From Aggregatilineales bacterium (GTDB lineage Bacteria; Chloroflexota; Anaerolineae; Aggregatilineales; Phototrophicaceae): a stretch of DNA of 64,000 nucleotides. The stretch lies in the NCBI GenBank assembly GCA_044226855.1, contig JBGAGF010000013.1, forward strand, positions 95,507 to 159,506, read 5' to 3'. The translations under genes and the position numbers were made by a program. A model generated the notes under the pieces. The model was not told the DNA's origin, did not search any database, and saw only the letters and a list, made by a program, of their open reading frames with translations. This document shows positions 39,243 through 50,102 of the stretch, piece by piece (the first letter of the stretch is position 1; every line of letters begins with the position of its first letter).

Positions 39243-39827
39243 TTAAGCGGGGAAGATGTCTTTCACGGCGAGTGTAAAACCGGGCAGAACGTCTTCTCCA
39301 TCCAGCACGCCATTCAAATCAAGCTTTTCGACAGATGCACGGCCTTTTCCATCTGGACGCCACACCCGCACCAGTTTTTCTTCAGGATATACCGCCCATA
39401 CCAAGCGCGTTCCGCACTCGATATAACTTTCGATTTTGAGCAGCATATCATCGGGTTTGTTGCTGGGTGAAATGATCTCGACGGCCAGATCAGGTGCAAT
39501 ATCATAACGCTCCGGAATGACTGGAACGCGTTCCTTGGACACAAACGCCGCATCAGGAATGACACGATCACCATTCGGCAAGTAAAACATACAGCCATCG
39601 GCGTAAGCAAAACCCAGCTTGTGAATGTCTAAGAAACTCGCGATCAGGTGATAAATAAGTGAGCCGATAAAAGAATGAAGGGGCGTTGGCATGATAACCT
39701 CATAGATGATTCCGCGCAGCATCTCAAACCATTTATCGGCGTTTTCCGGCGCGTTGATGATTGCTTCAAACTGTTCGGCAGTTGGTTTTACTGGATCAAT
39801 ACTGACCATGCTTAACCTCTCAACCAC
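39243..39827 (-). CDS. Uma2 family (DUF820) restriction endonuclease-like protein, second copy
   Basis: PDLAVEIISPSN...LVWAVYPEEKLVRVWRP. Paralog of 14389..14952. Confidence 0.65.
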   Translation of the reverse strand: MVERLSMVSIDPVKPTAEQFEAIINAPENADKWFEMLRGIIYEVIMPTPLHSFIGSLIYHLIASFLDIHKLGFAYADGCMFYLPNGDRVIPDAAFVSKERVPVIPERYDIAPDLAVEIISPSNKPDDMLLKIESYIECGTRLVWAVYPEEKLVRVWRPDGKGRASVEKLDLNGVLDGEDVLPGFTLAVKDIFPA

Positions 39828-39854
39828 TTATTCCCTGTTATTATAATCGAACTT

Positions 39855-41717
39855 TTACCCTTCCAGCAGTAAAACGCTTCCAGCAGCCAAGCTCGTGATC
39901 GTGATGCCGCCTTCCTCAACCCTGAATGTCGCGCCTGTGAGCTTGTCCGTCAAGGTCGTGCCATCGGCTAGCCCGCCGTGACGAACGGCCAACCGAGTGT
40001 TCAACGCAGCTTCCGTTCCTCGGTAAACCACGACGATCATGCGCTGTTCAGCCGACTGGCGTTGGTAAGCCAGCCATTCGCCTTCCGCCTGAAGCATCTG
40101 GAAGCCGCCGTGTCGCAGCGCCGGAGCGGTCTTCCGCAGTTGGATCAGCCGTTGGAAGTATCCCCGCAGATCATGATCCCACTGCGATTCGTCCCACGGC
40201 ATACAGCGCCGGTTATCAGGGTCGCGCCCGCCTTCCAAGCCGATTTCATCGCCATAATAGATACACGGCACACCGGGAATCGTCATCAATAATGTCACAG
40301 CCAACCGGACTCGCGCTTTATCTCCGCTGAGGATGGTCAGTATGCGCGGCGTATCGTGGCTGTCGATCAGATTGAACTGCTGCGCCGTAATCGCCCAAGG
40401 GACAGTTGCCCAGAATCGCCGCCACTGTTCAGCCAGCGCTTCGGTTGAAAGGGGGATAGGATCGTGATGAGGCGGCAGTTCCGCCGCCGGAATATCGTGG
40501 TGCAGCCAATCCCACAGCGGCAGCGTAAAGCCCTGATAATTCATGATGGCGTCCAGTTCATCACCCTGCAAATGAGGCGTGCCGTCATAAAAATTCTCAC
40601 CGAACAGATAAGCCTGTGGATTATCGGCTTTCACTGCCCGCCGCATCTCGCGCCACACCTTGTGCGAAAGCTGCACCATGCCCTGCCGCGCGGTCATATT
40701 AGCGACATCCAAGCGCCAGCCGTCAATCCGGTACGGTTCGTGCATCCAGCGGCGGATCACCGAGTCCTCGGCTCGGTACATCACATCACGTAGCTTTTGA
40801 CTGCTGTAGTTTAGCTTGACCAGCGACTTATGCCCCAGCCATGACTCGTAATTGTCCGGATAGTGATTAAAGGTGAAGTATTCTGCCGTTGGCGCGTTCG
40901 GGTCTTTCAACGCCTCCAAAAACCAGACATTCTCCGAACCGCAGTGATTCGGCGTCACGTCCAGAATCAGACGCATCCCACGTTCGTCCAGAGCACGGCG
41001 TAAATCAGCCAGTGCTTGGTCGCCGCCCAGATGCGGATCAATCTGGTTGTAATCCGCCACATCATAACGGTGATTGGTGTACGCTTTAAAAATCGGGTTG
41101 AGAAACAGGGCATTCACGCCGAGGTCTTGCAGATAATCCAGCTTTTGGATGATCCCCTGCAAATCGCCGCCGTAAAAATCGAGCGTGCCGGTTTCCCGCG
41201 CTGATAGAGGTGGTGCGCCCCATTCGCGCTTTTGGGTGGTAAAGCCGCGTCGGCTCCATGCTCCGTCCGGCACATCATTTGTGGGGTCACCATTGCAGAA
41301 TCGGTCAGGGAATATTTGATAGAAAACGGCGTCATCCAACCAGTTTGGAGCGGCGAAATCAGCCAGCAGCTTGAAGTCCCATAGATCCGGCGCATCCGCA
41401 CGGCTCATACCCATCGCGTTCAGCCAGTATCCGCCTTCAGCCGAGATAATTCGGAAGCGGTACGGAATATAAGGCATACTTACTCGCAGCTCGGTCGCCC
41501 AATAGGCGTTGACTGCATCTTCTCGCTCAACATGCATTTGCGCCAGATGCTGCTCGCCATCCGGAGCCGTGCGCAAGAACACCGCTTTTATAGGCGCGTC
41601 TTTTGGCGCGCGCAGCCGTATGCTGACCGTTTCGCCCTGCTTGGGCAGTGGATGAGACACACATAACGCAGAGCCGTCATGGTGCAGCCCTGCCGTCCAG
41701 TGAAGTTCATTCGTCAT
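39855..41717 (-). CDS. GH13 alpha-amylase family glycoside hydrolase (maltodextrin glucosidase/neopullulanase-like)
   Basis: GH13 regions I DVTPNH, II GWRLDVANM, III FGENF and IV IDSHDT, plus an N-terminal domain. Confidence 0.8.
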   Translation of the reverse strand: MTNELHWTAGLHHDGSALCVSHPLPKQGETVSIRLRAPKDAPIKAVFLRTAPDGEQHLAQMHVEREDAVNAYWATELRVSMPYIPYRFRIISAEGGYWLNAMGMSRADAPDLWDFKLLADFAAPNWLDDAVFYQIFPDRFCNGDPTNDVPDGAWSRRGFTTQKREWGAPPLSARETGTLDFYGGDLQGIIQKLDYLQDLGVNALFLNPIFKAYTNHRYDVADYNQIDPHLGGDQALADLRRALDERGMRLILDVTPNHCGSENVWFLEALKDPNAPTAEYFTFNHYPDNYESWLGHKSLVKLNYSSQKLRDVMYRAEDSVIRRWMHEPYRIDGWRLDVANMTARQGMVQLSHKVWREMRRAVKADNPQAYLFGENFYDGTPHLQGDELDAIMNYQGFTLPLWDWLHHDIPAAELPPHHDPIPLSTEALAEQWRRFWATVPWAITAQQFNLIDSHDTPRILTILSGDKARVRLAVTLLMTIPGVPCIYYGDEIGLEGGRDPDNRRCMPWDESQWDHDLRGYFQRLIQLRKTAPALRHGGFQMLQAEGEWLAYQRQSAEQRMIVVVYRGTEAALNTRLAVRHGGLADGTTLTDKLTGATFRVEEGGITITSLAAGSVLLLEG

Positions 41718-41853
41718 AAGAATTACTTTCGAAACCTGTTAACTTGGATGCGGTCAGGGGCAAGCATACATGAATGAGGAAAAGGCTGGAAGGATAGGTC
41801 GTAGTTCAGTATTAGATGTTGAGTTTAATTTTGGTTGAGGGTGTTTAAAAAGG

Positions 41854-42237
41854 TCAAAGACGGGAAAGACGACGGAGGACGAGAGCAGTCATGGCGAGAA
41901 AAATAAAGGTGCGAGAAGAAGAAGTGAGAAACTCGTAATCCTTGCTCAGACGACGATAACGACCGAGCCAAGCAAAAGTACGTTCAACCACCCAACGGGA
42001 AGAGAGAACCTGGTGGGGTTTGGCAAATTGTGAACGTTGCTCAATTTGGAGACGAATATGCAAGCGGTTCTGGATGGTTTGGTAGAGCGGACCGCGATAG
42101 CCTTTGTCGACCAAGACTGTGGCCAAACGCGGATACTGGGTTTGTGCCTTATGCAATAAGGCCAAGACGGGACGACGATCATCAACGTCGGCGGCGGTCA
42201 GCAGCACCTGCATCAGCAAACCTTGAGTGTCGACCAA
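41854..42237 (-). CDS. IS5 family transposase orfB (DDE C-terminal part)
   Basis: VLVDKGYRG...RWVVERTFAWLGRYRRLSKDYE is the conserved IS5-family C-terminus. Probably expressed via a -1 frameshift from orfA. Confidence 0.8.
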   Translation of the reverse strand: MVDTQGLLMQVLLTAADVDDRRPVLALLHKAQTQYPRLATVLVDKGYRGPLYQTIQNRLHIRLQIEQRSQFAKPHQVLSSRWVVERTFAWLGRYRRLSKDYEFLTSSSRTFIFLAMTALVLRRLSRL

Positions 42238-42284
42238 CAGATGCCGTTTGCGGCCGGTGACATGCTTGTAGCCATCCCAGCCTT

Positions 42285-42632
42285 TCAGCCCCCTTTTTCA
42301 GTCGTTTTGACCGACTGGCTATCCAGTATTGCTAACCACGGACTGGCTTCTTTTCCCTGGTGCTGGCGCAGCATCTCGTGCAAGGTCTGATACAGCTTTT
42401 CCCAACTCCCATCCTCGCGCCAGATGCGAAAGTAGTAATACACACTCTGATAAGGTGGAAAGTCATGGGGCAGCATCCGCCACGAGCAACCACTGCGCAA
42501 CACATAACGCATGGCGTTGATTATGGCGCGCATCGAATATTTGCGCGGTCGTCCGCCACCCGGATTCGGAATCATGCCTTCCAAGATTGCCCATTCTTTA
42601 TCGCTCACATCACTTGGATACTGTTTTTTCAT
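42285..42632 (-). CDS. IS5 family transposase orfA (N-terminal part)
   Basis: WAILEGMIP...RPRKYSMRAIINAMRYVLRSGCSWRMLP is typical of the IS5/IS427 group N-terminus. Confidence 0.8.
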   Translation of the reverse strand: MKKQYPSDVSDKEWAILEGMIPNPGGGRPRKYSMRAIINAMRYVLRSGCSWRMLPHDFPPYQSVYYYFRIWREDGSWEKLYQTLHEMLRQHQGKEASPWLAILDSQSVKTTEKGG

Positions 42633-42696
42633 CTTTTCCTCCCTTTATTCCCTCTCTTTTACCTCCTTTACCCTTTTTAAACACGCTCTTTGTTGG

Positions 42697-43500
42697 GTTA
42701 ACCCTTTACCAACCATCCATCAACCTGAAGAAGCGGCTGTCTCGCTCATTTACGTTAGAGCCAAACCCGCAAACGAGTTACAAAATGTTCTTCCAAAATG
42801 TAACCCCTTTGCGTATCAGTTCCCTTACAATAGACGATAGGATTGGCTGTAGGGATTTGCCGCTGGCAAATCCTCACACTGGCAAACCCCTGCTGAAACC
42901 AAATCCAACCGCATCTTAACAACCGTCAATCGTTGCAAATGTGATAAAAAAGACCGTTTCTCAACTGCAATATTTTCAACATTTGCCACACAGCTAGCGT
43001 AAATGTCACCACAAAACGTGTGTTGTTTCCGCCGCTTGTGCTGCTTTTGCCGCATATTCCGCATTAACTACGGTTCACTGCCCTTGATGCACTCAAGCAA
43101 TAGGCTGAGCTACTGACTGATTGACAACGACTATGCCGACATTTTCGACATCGAAAACACTTGGAATTTGTGGATCTTGCGGTTTTTGCAGTTTTTCGCA
43201 TCTCAAATGGTGAATGGTCGGGGGAATAGCCAATCACAAAAAGTAAAATATTCTGAATCTGAAGAATCCGACGAATTTTCTGAATCAAAAAGGAGTGAAG
43301 ATGAACCATGCTCCGCCGCCATCGCCGCCGCCAAGAAAGTTGTTGCCGCCACCGCCATCTCTTGTATTCGGCTAACGACTGAAGACTTATCATATGGCAA
43401 TCTTGGCGGCGGACACTCCAACAAGCTTTTGCCGCATTTCTAGCCGAACGTCCCGCCGAATTGCCGATAAATTTGCCAAAAACAGGGGGTGAAATTGTCA
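42697..43500 (+). repeat. dispersed non-coding repeat, copy B (core at 42776..42806), extended version
   Basis: Identical 31-nt core. Shares ACGTTAG.GCCA, TGTAGGGA, TAACAACCGTCAATCGTTGCAAAT, TGGCGGCGGACACTCC and GCCGCCATCGCCGCC blocks with copies A and C. Starts about 9 bp after the IS5 right end. Confidence 0.65.
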
Positions 43501-43508
43501 AAATTGCC

Positions 43509-43538
43509 AATAAAAAACGGTGAGCTTCCACCCACCGT
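43509..43538 (-). terminator. intrinsic terminator of malQ (hairpin usable in both directions)
   Basis: ACGGTG...CACCGT hairpin with a run of As upstream on the plus strand (a T-run on the minus strand) and TCTTTT downstream. Confidence 0.65.
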
Positions 43539-43563
43539 CTTCTTTTATCTTGAAACTGCAATT

Positions 43564-45117
<1,554 letters not shown>

Positions 45118-45189
45118 TCGCTGTTAATAAAGCGAATATTCAATGACCGCTATTCTACCTGATTTCGAAAGATCGCGAAGTGACAGAGA

Positions 45190-45657
45190 TCAGGTTGGCA
45201 AAGCGGCTCGCATCTGCTCAATCGTGAACTGCTGCTTGAAGGTAAATGCCAGCGGGGTCGGGCCATATTTTTCAAGTAATCCGAGCTTTTCTTTGGCTTC
45301 AGCAACCGTTGGAATATGTCCTGCTTCGATCCACCACAAGGCAACTGCAGGCGTTTCCAGTTTTTCAAACCATTCACGGCGGCGTCTAAAGAAGTCGGTG
45401 TGATCGCTGTAATAAGCATATTGGTATAAGGCGTCAATCGACTTCCATGCTGACATATTCACGATAATGCGTTCATCTTCGTAGGGACGAAGTGAGGTCG
45501 CATCATTGCCATCGCCTTTGAGCCGCCAAACGAAACCGGAGGCTGACTCCGCAAGGGCATTAATCCGGTCAAGGTTCGAAACGAAATCCTGCATCGCAGG
45601 ACTATCAAGGGGCGCAATCATACGGGCGATATTAATCTGAGCAATGTGATAAGCCAT
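45190..45657 (-). CDS. DUF3291 domain protein
   Basis: MAYHIAQINIARM...VNMSAWKSIDAL pattern. Confidence 0.45.
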   Translation of the reverse strand: MAYHIAQINIARMIAPLDSPAMQDFVSNLDRINALAESASGFVWRLKGDGNDATSLRPYEDERIIVNMSAWKSIDALYQYAYYSDHTDFFRRRREWFEKLETPAVALWWIEAGHIPTVAEAKEKLGLLEKYGPTPLAFTFKQQFTIEQMRAALPT

Positions 45658-45862
45658 TTTGGTCTTGACCCTCATCAATCAATATTCTTTCGTAGGACAC
45701 CGGCACTATATAACAAAAGCGTTTTCTTGTCATCCTAGCAAACGGCTTAGCATATTACGCAATATTCTTGACAACTCTTAACATAAAACAAAATACCTTT
45801 ACGAAATTTACGTAAAATCCACATTATATTTATGAAAGATGTAAATTATAGAGGGTCGAACC

Positions 45863-46264
45863 ATGCCGTTAAAAATTGAGTGGCTCGATAACGAACAAAC
45901 GATTATTTGCTGTACTGGTGAAGGCACTTGGACATGGGATGACTACCACCAAGCGCTCGATGAAATTGTAAACATGTTTAAAACGGTCCAGCATCGGGTT
46001 GATCTCGTAATTGACCGTGCACCCGGTTCGGCCATGCCCAAAGGCTCCTCGATGCCCCATTTTCAGCGTGCAATGCGCATCATGCCGCACAACGTGGGGT
46101 TACTGGTGATGGTGACCTCGAATGCCTTTGCGCGAACCATCGTAGCGATTTTTACCAAGGTTTACCCTAACAAGGATAATGCTAAACTCCTGATGGTTGG
46201 CTCACTTATTGAGGCTCGCGCCCGTATCGCACGGGATCGGCTTAAGCAGGTCGCCGCAGCATAA
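45863..46264 (+). CDS. hypothetical protein
   Basis: 133 aa ORF preceded by an AT-rich promoter-like region. No recognisable domain. Confidence 0.45.
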   Translation: MPLKIEWLDNEQTIICCTGEGTWTWDDYHQALDEIVNMFKTVQHRVDLVIDRAPGSAMPKGSSMPHFQRAMRIMPHNVGLLVMVTSNAFARTIVAIFTKVYPNKDNAKLLMVGSLIEARARIARDRLKQVAAA

Positions 46265-46319
46265 AACGAATAAGGAGTGTGCTGGCTCAGTAAGTATGTA
46301 GCCAGCACACTGAACGAAC

Positions 46320-47651
46320 TTAGCGGATCATGCTGGTGATTTTCTCAACCACGTCATTGAGAGGAACCGTAACTTCTGAACCATCACTGAGGCGTTTCAG
46401 TTTGACGACCCCTGCTGCGATTTCTTCCGGCCCCTGAATAGCGACCAATGGAATATTCTTCTTATTCGCGTACTCAAACTGCTTGCCCAGCGCTTTATCT
46501 TGCATATACAGTTCAGTACACACGCCACCAGCCCGCAGATTAGCCGCAAGCTTGGAAGCCGCAGCGCGAGACGAATCATTGAAGACCGTAACTAGAGCCT
46601 CAACCACAGTCCCAACAATATTTAGCGGGTAGAGTCCCAGAATGTCCATCAGGTCAATGATGCGCTCGATACCCAAGGATGTTCCAACAGTAGGCAAACT
46701 CTCCTTACGGAACATGCCGATTAGATCATCATAACGTCCACCACCGGTCACGCTGCCGAGATTAGGATCAGTGATGACAGTCTCAAAGATTGGGCCGGTG
46801 TAATAGCCTAAGCCGCGCACCATCGTGAAATCGAACTCATAGTTTTCTGCGGGAACATCAGACGCTTCGAGATAAGCTGCCAGTTCACGCAATTCGCGCA
46901 GCCCTTCTGTTGCGGCCGGGATATCGTCCATGACCTGCTCGACATAATCCAAGTTTGCAATCCCCGGCTGGCGTGTCGTGATCAGTTCGATCATACGGCT
47001 GACGGCATCCTGAGCGATGCCCCGTTCCAGCAGTTCTTTCTGAACGCCTTCCGCACCGATTTTGTCAAACTTATCTACACTGCGATACAAGTCCGGCAAC
47101 TGAGCCTCCGTCACACCCGAATACTTGCCCATCCCGGTAAGCAGTTTGCGGTTGTTGATTTTGACAACAAATTCGGTAAAGCCAAGACGACGTAACGCAG
47201 TCGTGATCAGGCTGATAATCTCGGCGTCCGCTACCATGCCGCCAATACCAACAATATCAGCGTCGCACTGATATAACTCGCGATAGCGACCACGTTGAGG
47301 ACGCTCGGCACGAAATACAGGTGATAATTGATAGCGTTTAAAAGGCAGCTTGATTTGATTTTCGTACTGCGCCACGACACGGGATAGGGGCACAGTAAGA
47401 TCATATCGAAGCGCAACTTCTTCCTTGCCACCGGGATGCTGCGCGCTGTAAATCAGTTTTTCCGCATCTTCCCCATATTTTCCATAGAGCGTCTCTTTTA
47501 ACTCGATAATTGGGGTTTGCAGCGGTTCAAAACCATACAGGTGAAAGACCTCACGCACGATGCCAAACACATATTCACGTTTGAGCATGTCGGCGGGTAA
47601 GAAATCGCGCATTCCTTTCGGTACACGGGGAACAATCTTTACAGCGGCCAT
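46320..47651 (-). CDS. hisS: histidine--tRNA ligase
   Basis: Class II aaRS motifs: PKGMRDFLP, motif 2 FRAERPQRGRYREF, motif 3 GGGRYDDL, and a C-terminal anticodon-binding domain. Confidence 0.9.
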   Translation of the reverse strand: MAAVKIVPRVPKGMRDFLPADMLKREYVFGIVREVFHLYGFEPLQTPIIELKETLYGKYGEDAEKLIYSAQHPGGKEEVALRYDLTVPLSRVVAQYENQIKLPFKRYQLSPVFRAERPQRGRYRELYQCDADIVGIGGMVADAEIISLITTALRRLGFTEFVVKINNRKLLTGMGKYSGVTEAQLPDLYRSVDKFDKIGAEGVQKELLERGIAQDAVSRMIELITTRQPGIANLDYVEQVMDDIPAATEGLRELRELAAYLEASDVPAENYEFDFTMVRGLGYYTGPIFETVITDPNLGSVTGGGRYDDLIGMFRKESLPTVGTSLGIERIIDLMDILGLYPLNIVGTVVEALVTVFNDSSRAAASKLAANLRAGGVCTELYMQDKALGKQFEYANKKNIPLVAIQGPEEIAAGVVKLKRLSDGSEVTVPLNDVVEKITSMIR

Positions 47652-47969
47652 CGTTTTATCCTTCAGCTTCAGTCCTAGAAATAAAAAAGCGCAGACCAAC
47701 GCCTGCGCTCAAAAGTTATTCGCAACGGTTGGTTAACAGTTATTCACATAATGGTGATGATGCAACATGATAATCCCTTTGGCTATCTATTCTAAGGGTA
47801 GCCGAAAATGGCTGCGGGCGCAACTATTTCTGTTGAAGAAATAGTCACTATCTTAATTAATGAGCGTAAGGAAAACCACACTAAATTTATACGAAATTCA
47901 CATACGTTATCGAAAGCAGGCGGATATTGGTATTACAGTAAGTATAGACATTATCAGAGGATTATATTT

Positions 47970-48764
47970 ATGCCGAATCTAAGTGAAGTGCAGACCGCAC
48001 TTAAACAAGGTGATCGGGCAAAAGCCAGCCAACTGCTCAAAACAATTCTTCATGAGCATCCAACTGCAGATGCATGGGTCATGGCTGCCCGTATGTCCAG
48101 TAACCCTGAAACTCAAAAACTCCATCTCCAACGAGCGTTGGCATTTGACTCGAAGCATGTTAAAGCGCGAGATATGCTGCGTGATCTTGGCGGTAAACCG
48201 ATGTCCACATCAGCAGCCTTGACAAGTGGGTTGATACCTGCAATCCAAAATGAATTGGAAAAATTCGGAGCCAATAAGCCGCTTCTACGGGACTTCAGCC
48301 CAAAGTTGAGAATGATGACCGCCCTCAGTTTATACACCGTTATTATCGCGGTCGCACTGTTGATGTTGAGTACATTACTGACGCCTGCACCAGTTCCTGA
48401 AAAGCCAGTGATTACACCCATCACTGTTTTTCAAAGCGATACCCTTATAAACCAGTGGAACACCGCGGGCTTAAATATCAGCAAGCTCGTCAATGTCGCG
48501 CAAGAACCAAATGTTCTCTCGAGTGAGCAATTTAACTTCACGGTTACCGACGACAAAGGCAACCATAACGTCAGCGTGTTTCTTTATAAAGATATTGCAG
48601 GCATCGTAAATGATGGGCATCGTCTAACCCCGCTAACCGCTGAAGGCAAAAACAAACTGGATATTCTTCAAACTGCCGTCATCATTTATCCGGCAGACAT
48701 GAATGAAATGACCGTCTCATTATTGGAAAGCGCTTTTAATCCTGCGCCGACCGAGTCAGCATAA
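47970..48764 (+). CDS. membrane protein with N-terminal TPR-like cytoplasmic segment
   Basis: Start MPNLSEVQTALKQGDRAKA. One TM helix, then an extracytoplasmic domain. 25 nt upstream of the pilin-like gene. Confidence 0.45.
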   Translation: MPNLSEVQTALKQGDRAKASQLLKTILHEHPTADAWVMAARMSSNPETQKLHLQRALAFDSKHVKARDMLRDLGGKPMSTSAALTSGLIPAIQNELEKFGANKPLLRDFSPKLRMMTALSLYTVIIAVALLMLSTLLTPAPVPEKPVITPITVFQSDTLINQWNTAGLNISKLVNVAQEPNVLSSEQFNFTVTDDKGNHNVSVFLYKDIAGIVNDGHRLTPLTAEGKNKLDILQTAVIIYPADMNEMTVSLLESAFNPAPTESA

Positions 48765-48789
48765 TCATTGGAATTATCGAAGGAGTATT

Positions 48790-49221
48790 ATGAATACGGG
48801 AGTAAATAACAATCATAAGCGCCTCCAGCGTGGGCAGGGGCTGGCTGAATACAGCCTCATCCTCTCACTGGTTGCGCTGGTATGCATAAGCATACTCGTA
48901 GTGTTAGGCCGCACTACGAAAAGCACGATCCAAAAAGTAAACTGCGCTGTTGGAAGCACAGACCCTCAATGTTCCTGTGTGAATGAAAAACTAACCGTGA
49001 CCTCAACCTTTGCCAACGGCTGCAGTGGCAGCAATTTGGTGGTGACGGTAAGCAGCAGCTGCTCAGGGACGGTGCTTCAGGTGAATGGCGTGAATGCAAC
49101 CACGCCGGGTAGCTTTACGTGGAATAGTGCCCCTGTCTGTACAGGAGGCGCAACGATCTTCGCAGTGAAATCAACCCAACCGGATGGCACTGTGAAAAAT
49201 TACTCGGCATCACGACCATAA
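48790..49221 (+). CDS. Flp/Tad-type (class III signal peptide) pilin-like protein with Cys-rich C-terminal domain
   Basis: N-terminus ...RGQGLAEYSLILSLVALVCISILVV fits the Flp prepilin G/XXXXEY motif followed by a hydrophobic helix. Six Cys in the roughly 90-aa C-terminal extension. Confidence 0.5.
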   Translation: MNTGVNNNHKRLQRGQGLAEYSLILSLVALVCISILVVLGRTTKSTIQKVNCAVGSTDPQCSCVNEKLTVTSTFANGCSGSNLVVTVSSSCSGTVLQVNGVNATTPGSFTWNSAPVCTGGATIFAVKSTQPDGTVKNYSASRP

Positions 49222-49287
49222 CCTGCTATTTCGATAACCCAAAAGAGCGTAGCACCACGGCCACGCTCTTTTTGTTTGTATTCAGGT

Positions 49288-49896
49288 CTATACACTGGCA
49301 GTTGCAACTGGAGATGCAGCTTTGGCTTGTCGTGCAACCTCACGGAACTGGGCATAATGTCCGAATTCATGTTTCAGACCGAAAAGGAAGCAGGCTGGCG
49401 CATTAAACTGTCCAAACTTCTCGATAAAACGCGGCGACAGCTCACGCTTGACTTCCAGATTTGGTTGATCTGGCCATGCAGCGAGATAGCCTAAGCGGAT
49501 GCGGCGGCTTTCCTCAAGGCGCTGGATGCATTGGGCTGTGCTGGTTACGGTTTTCCATTCAGTTTCGTAGCGCAAGCGCGGCTCTGCCGGATAGGGAATA
49601 CCGCGTGCTAAAAAGCTGCTGTAGGTTGCCCATTCTTCACTGCTGGCGGTGACGTGAACAACCAGATGAGCAATGCTCCAACCGATTTTTTCTTCACCGG
49701 GCTTGGCATAAGGATCATCCGCTTCGGGATCATGGGGCAAAAAAGTGACCTGTGTGTCATTCAAACCTTGAACAATTTTTAAAAGGGTATCAATAGATTG
49801 ATTTGTGATAGCCCGTAAATCTTCAATCGTAAAACTCTCAGAATATTGCAGCAACGTCATTTCATGGTTTTCAACAGGGGCAAAGTCGAATGACAC
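49288..49896 (-). CDS. DinB family protein
   Basis: DinB_2-like four-helix bundle with conserved His (HLVVHV...HYAQF). Confidence 0.45.
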   Translation of the reverse strand: MSFDFAPVENHEMTLLQYSESFTIEDLRAITNQSIDTLLKIVQGLNDTQVTFLPHDPEADDPYAKPGEEKIGWSIAHLVVHVTASSEEWATYSSFLARGIPYPAEPRLRYETEWKTVTSTAQCIQRLEESRRIRLGYLAAWPDQPNLEVKRELSPRFIEKFGQFNAPACFLFGLKHEFGHYAQFREVARQAKAASPVATASV

Positions 49897-50102
49897 AGTA
49901 TTCTCCTAGCGACTACTCAATATATTCATGACAATATAAGAATGTGAATGGGATACACCATACCTAGAGGCAGAAGGATAACGTATTCTTACAACGACTA
50001 ACGACTTTTTACGCAATCCCCATGATTTGTGTTTAGCGTTTCGATTCGAGCAGTGTTACACTTCTGAGGTGTGTCGTTCGCGCCCACATCAAAATACACT
50101 TC

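Larger units (their letters stand above)
41837..42688 (-). mobile_element. IS5 family insertion sequence (IS427-like, two-ORF type), about 0.85 kb
   Basis: Terminal inverted repeats GAGGGTGTTTAAAAAGGTCAAAG (left) and GAGCGTGTTTAAAAAGGGTAAAG (right, reverse complement). orfA and orfB are separated by slippery GAAAAAGGGGG. Confidence 0.8.

Noticed and set aside
43064-43561. 165-aa minus-strand ORF and 91-aa plus-strand ORF (43168..43443) inside repeat copy B
   Set aside because: The equivalent sequence in copy A is in a different frame and lacks a start, and it has stops within 33 codons. The repeats are conserved at nucleotide level, not protein level. The 165-aa ORF also runs through the malQ terminator hairpin.
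47652-47969. T-box leader upstream of hisS
   Set aside because: The region is only about 100-300 nt and lacks the conserved T-box sequence (AATTAGGGTGGNACCGCG) on the hisS strand.
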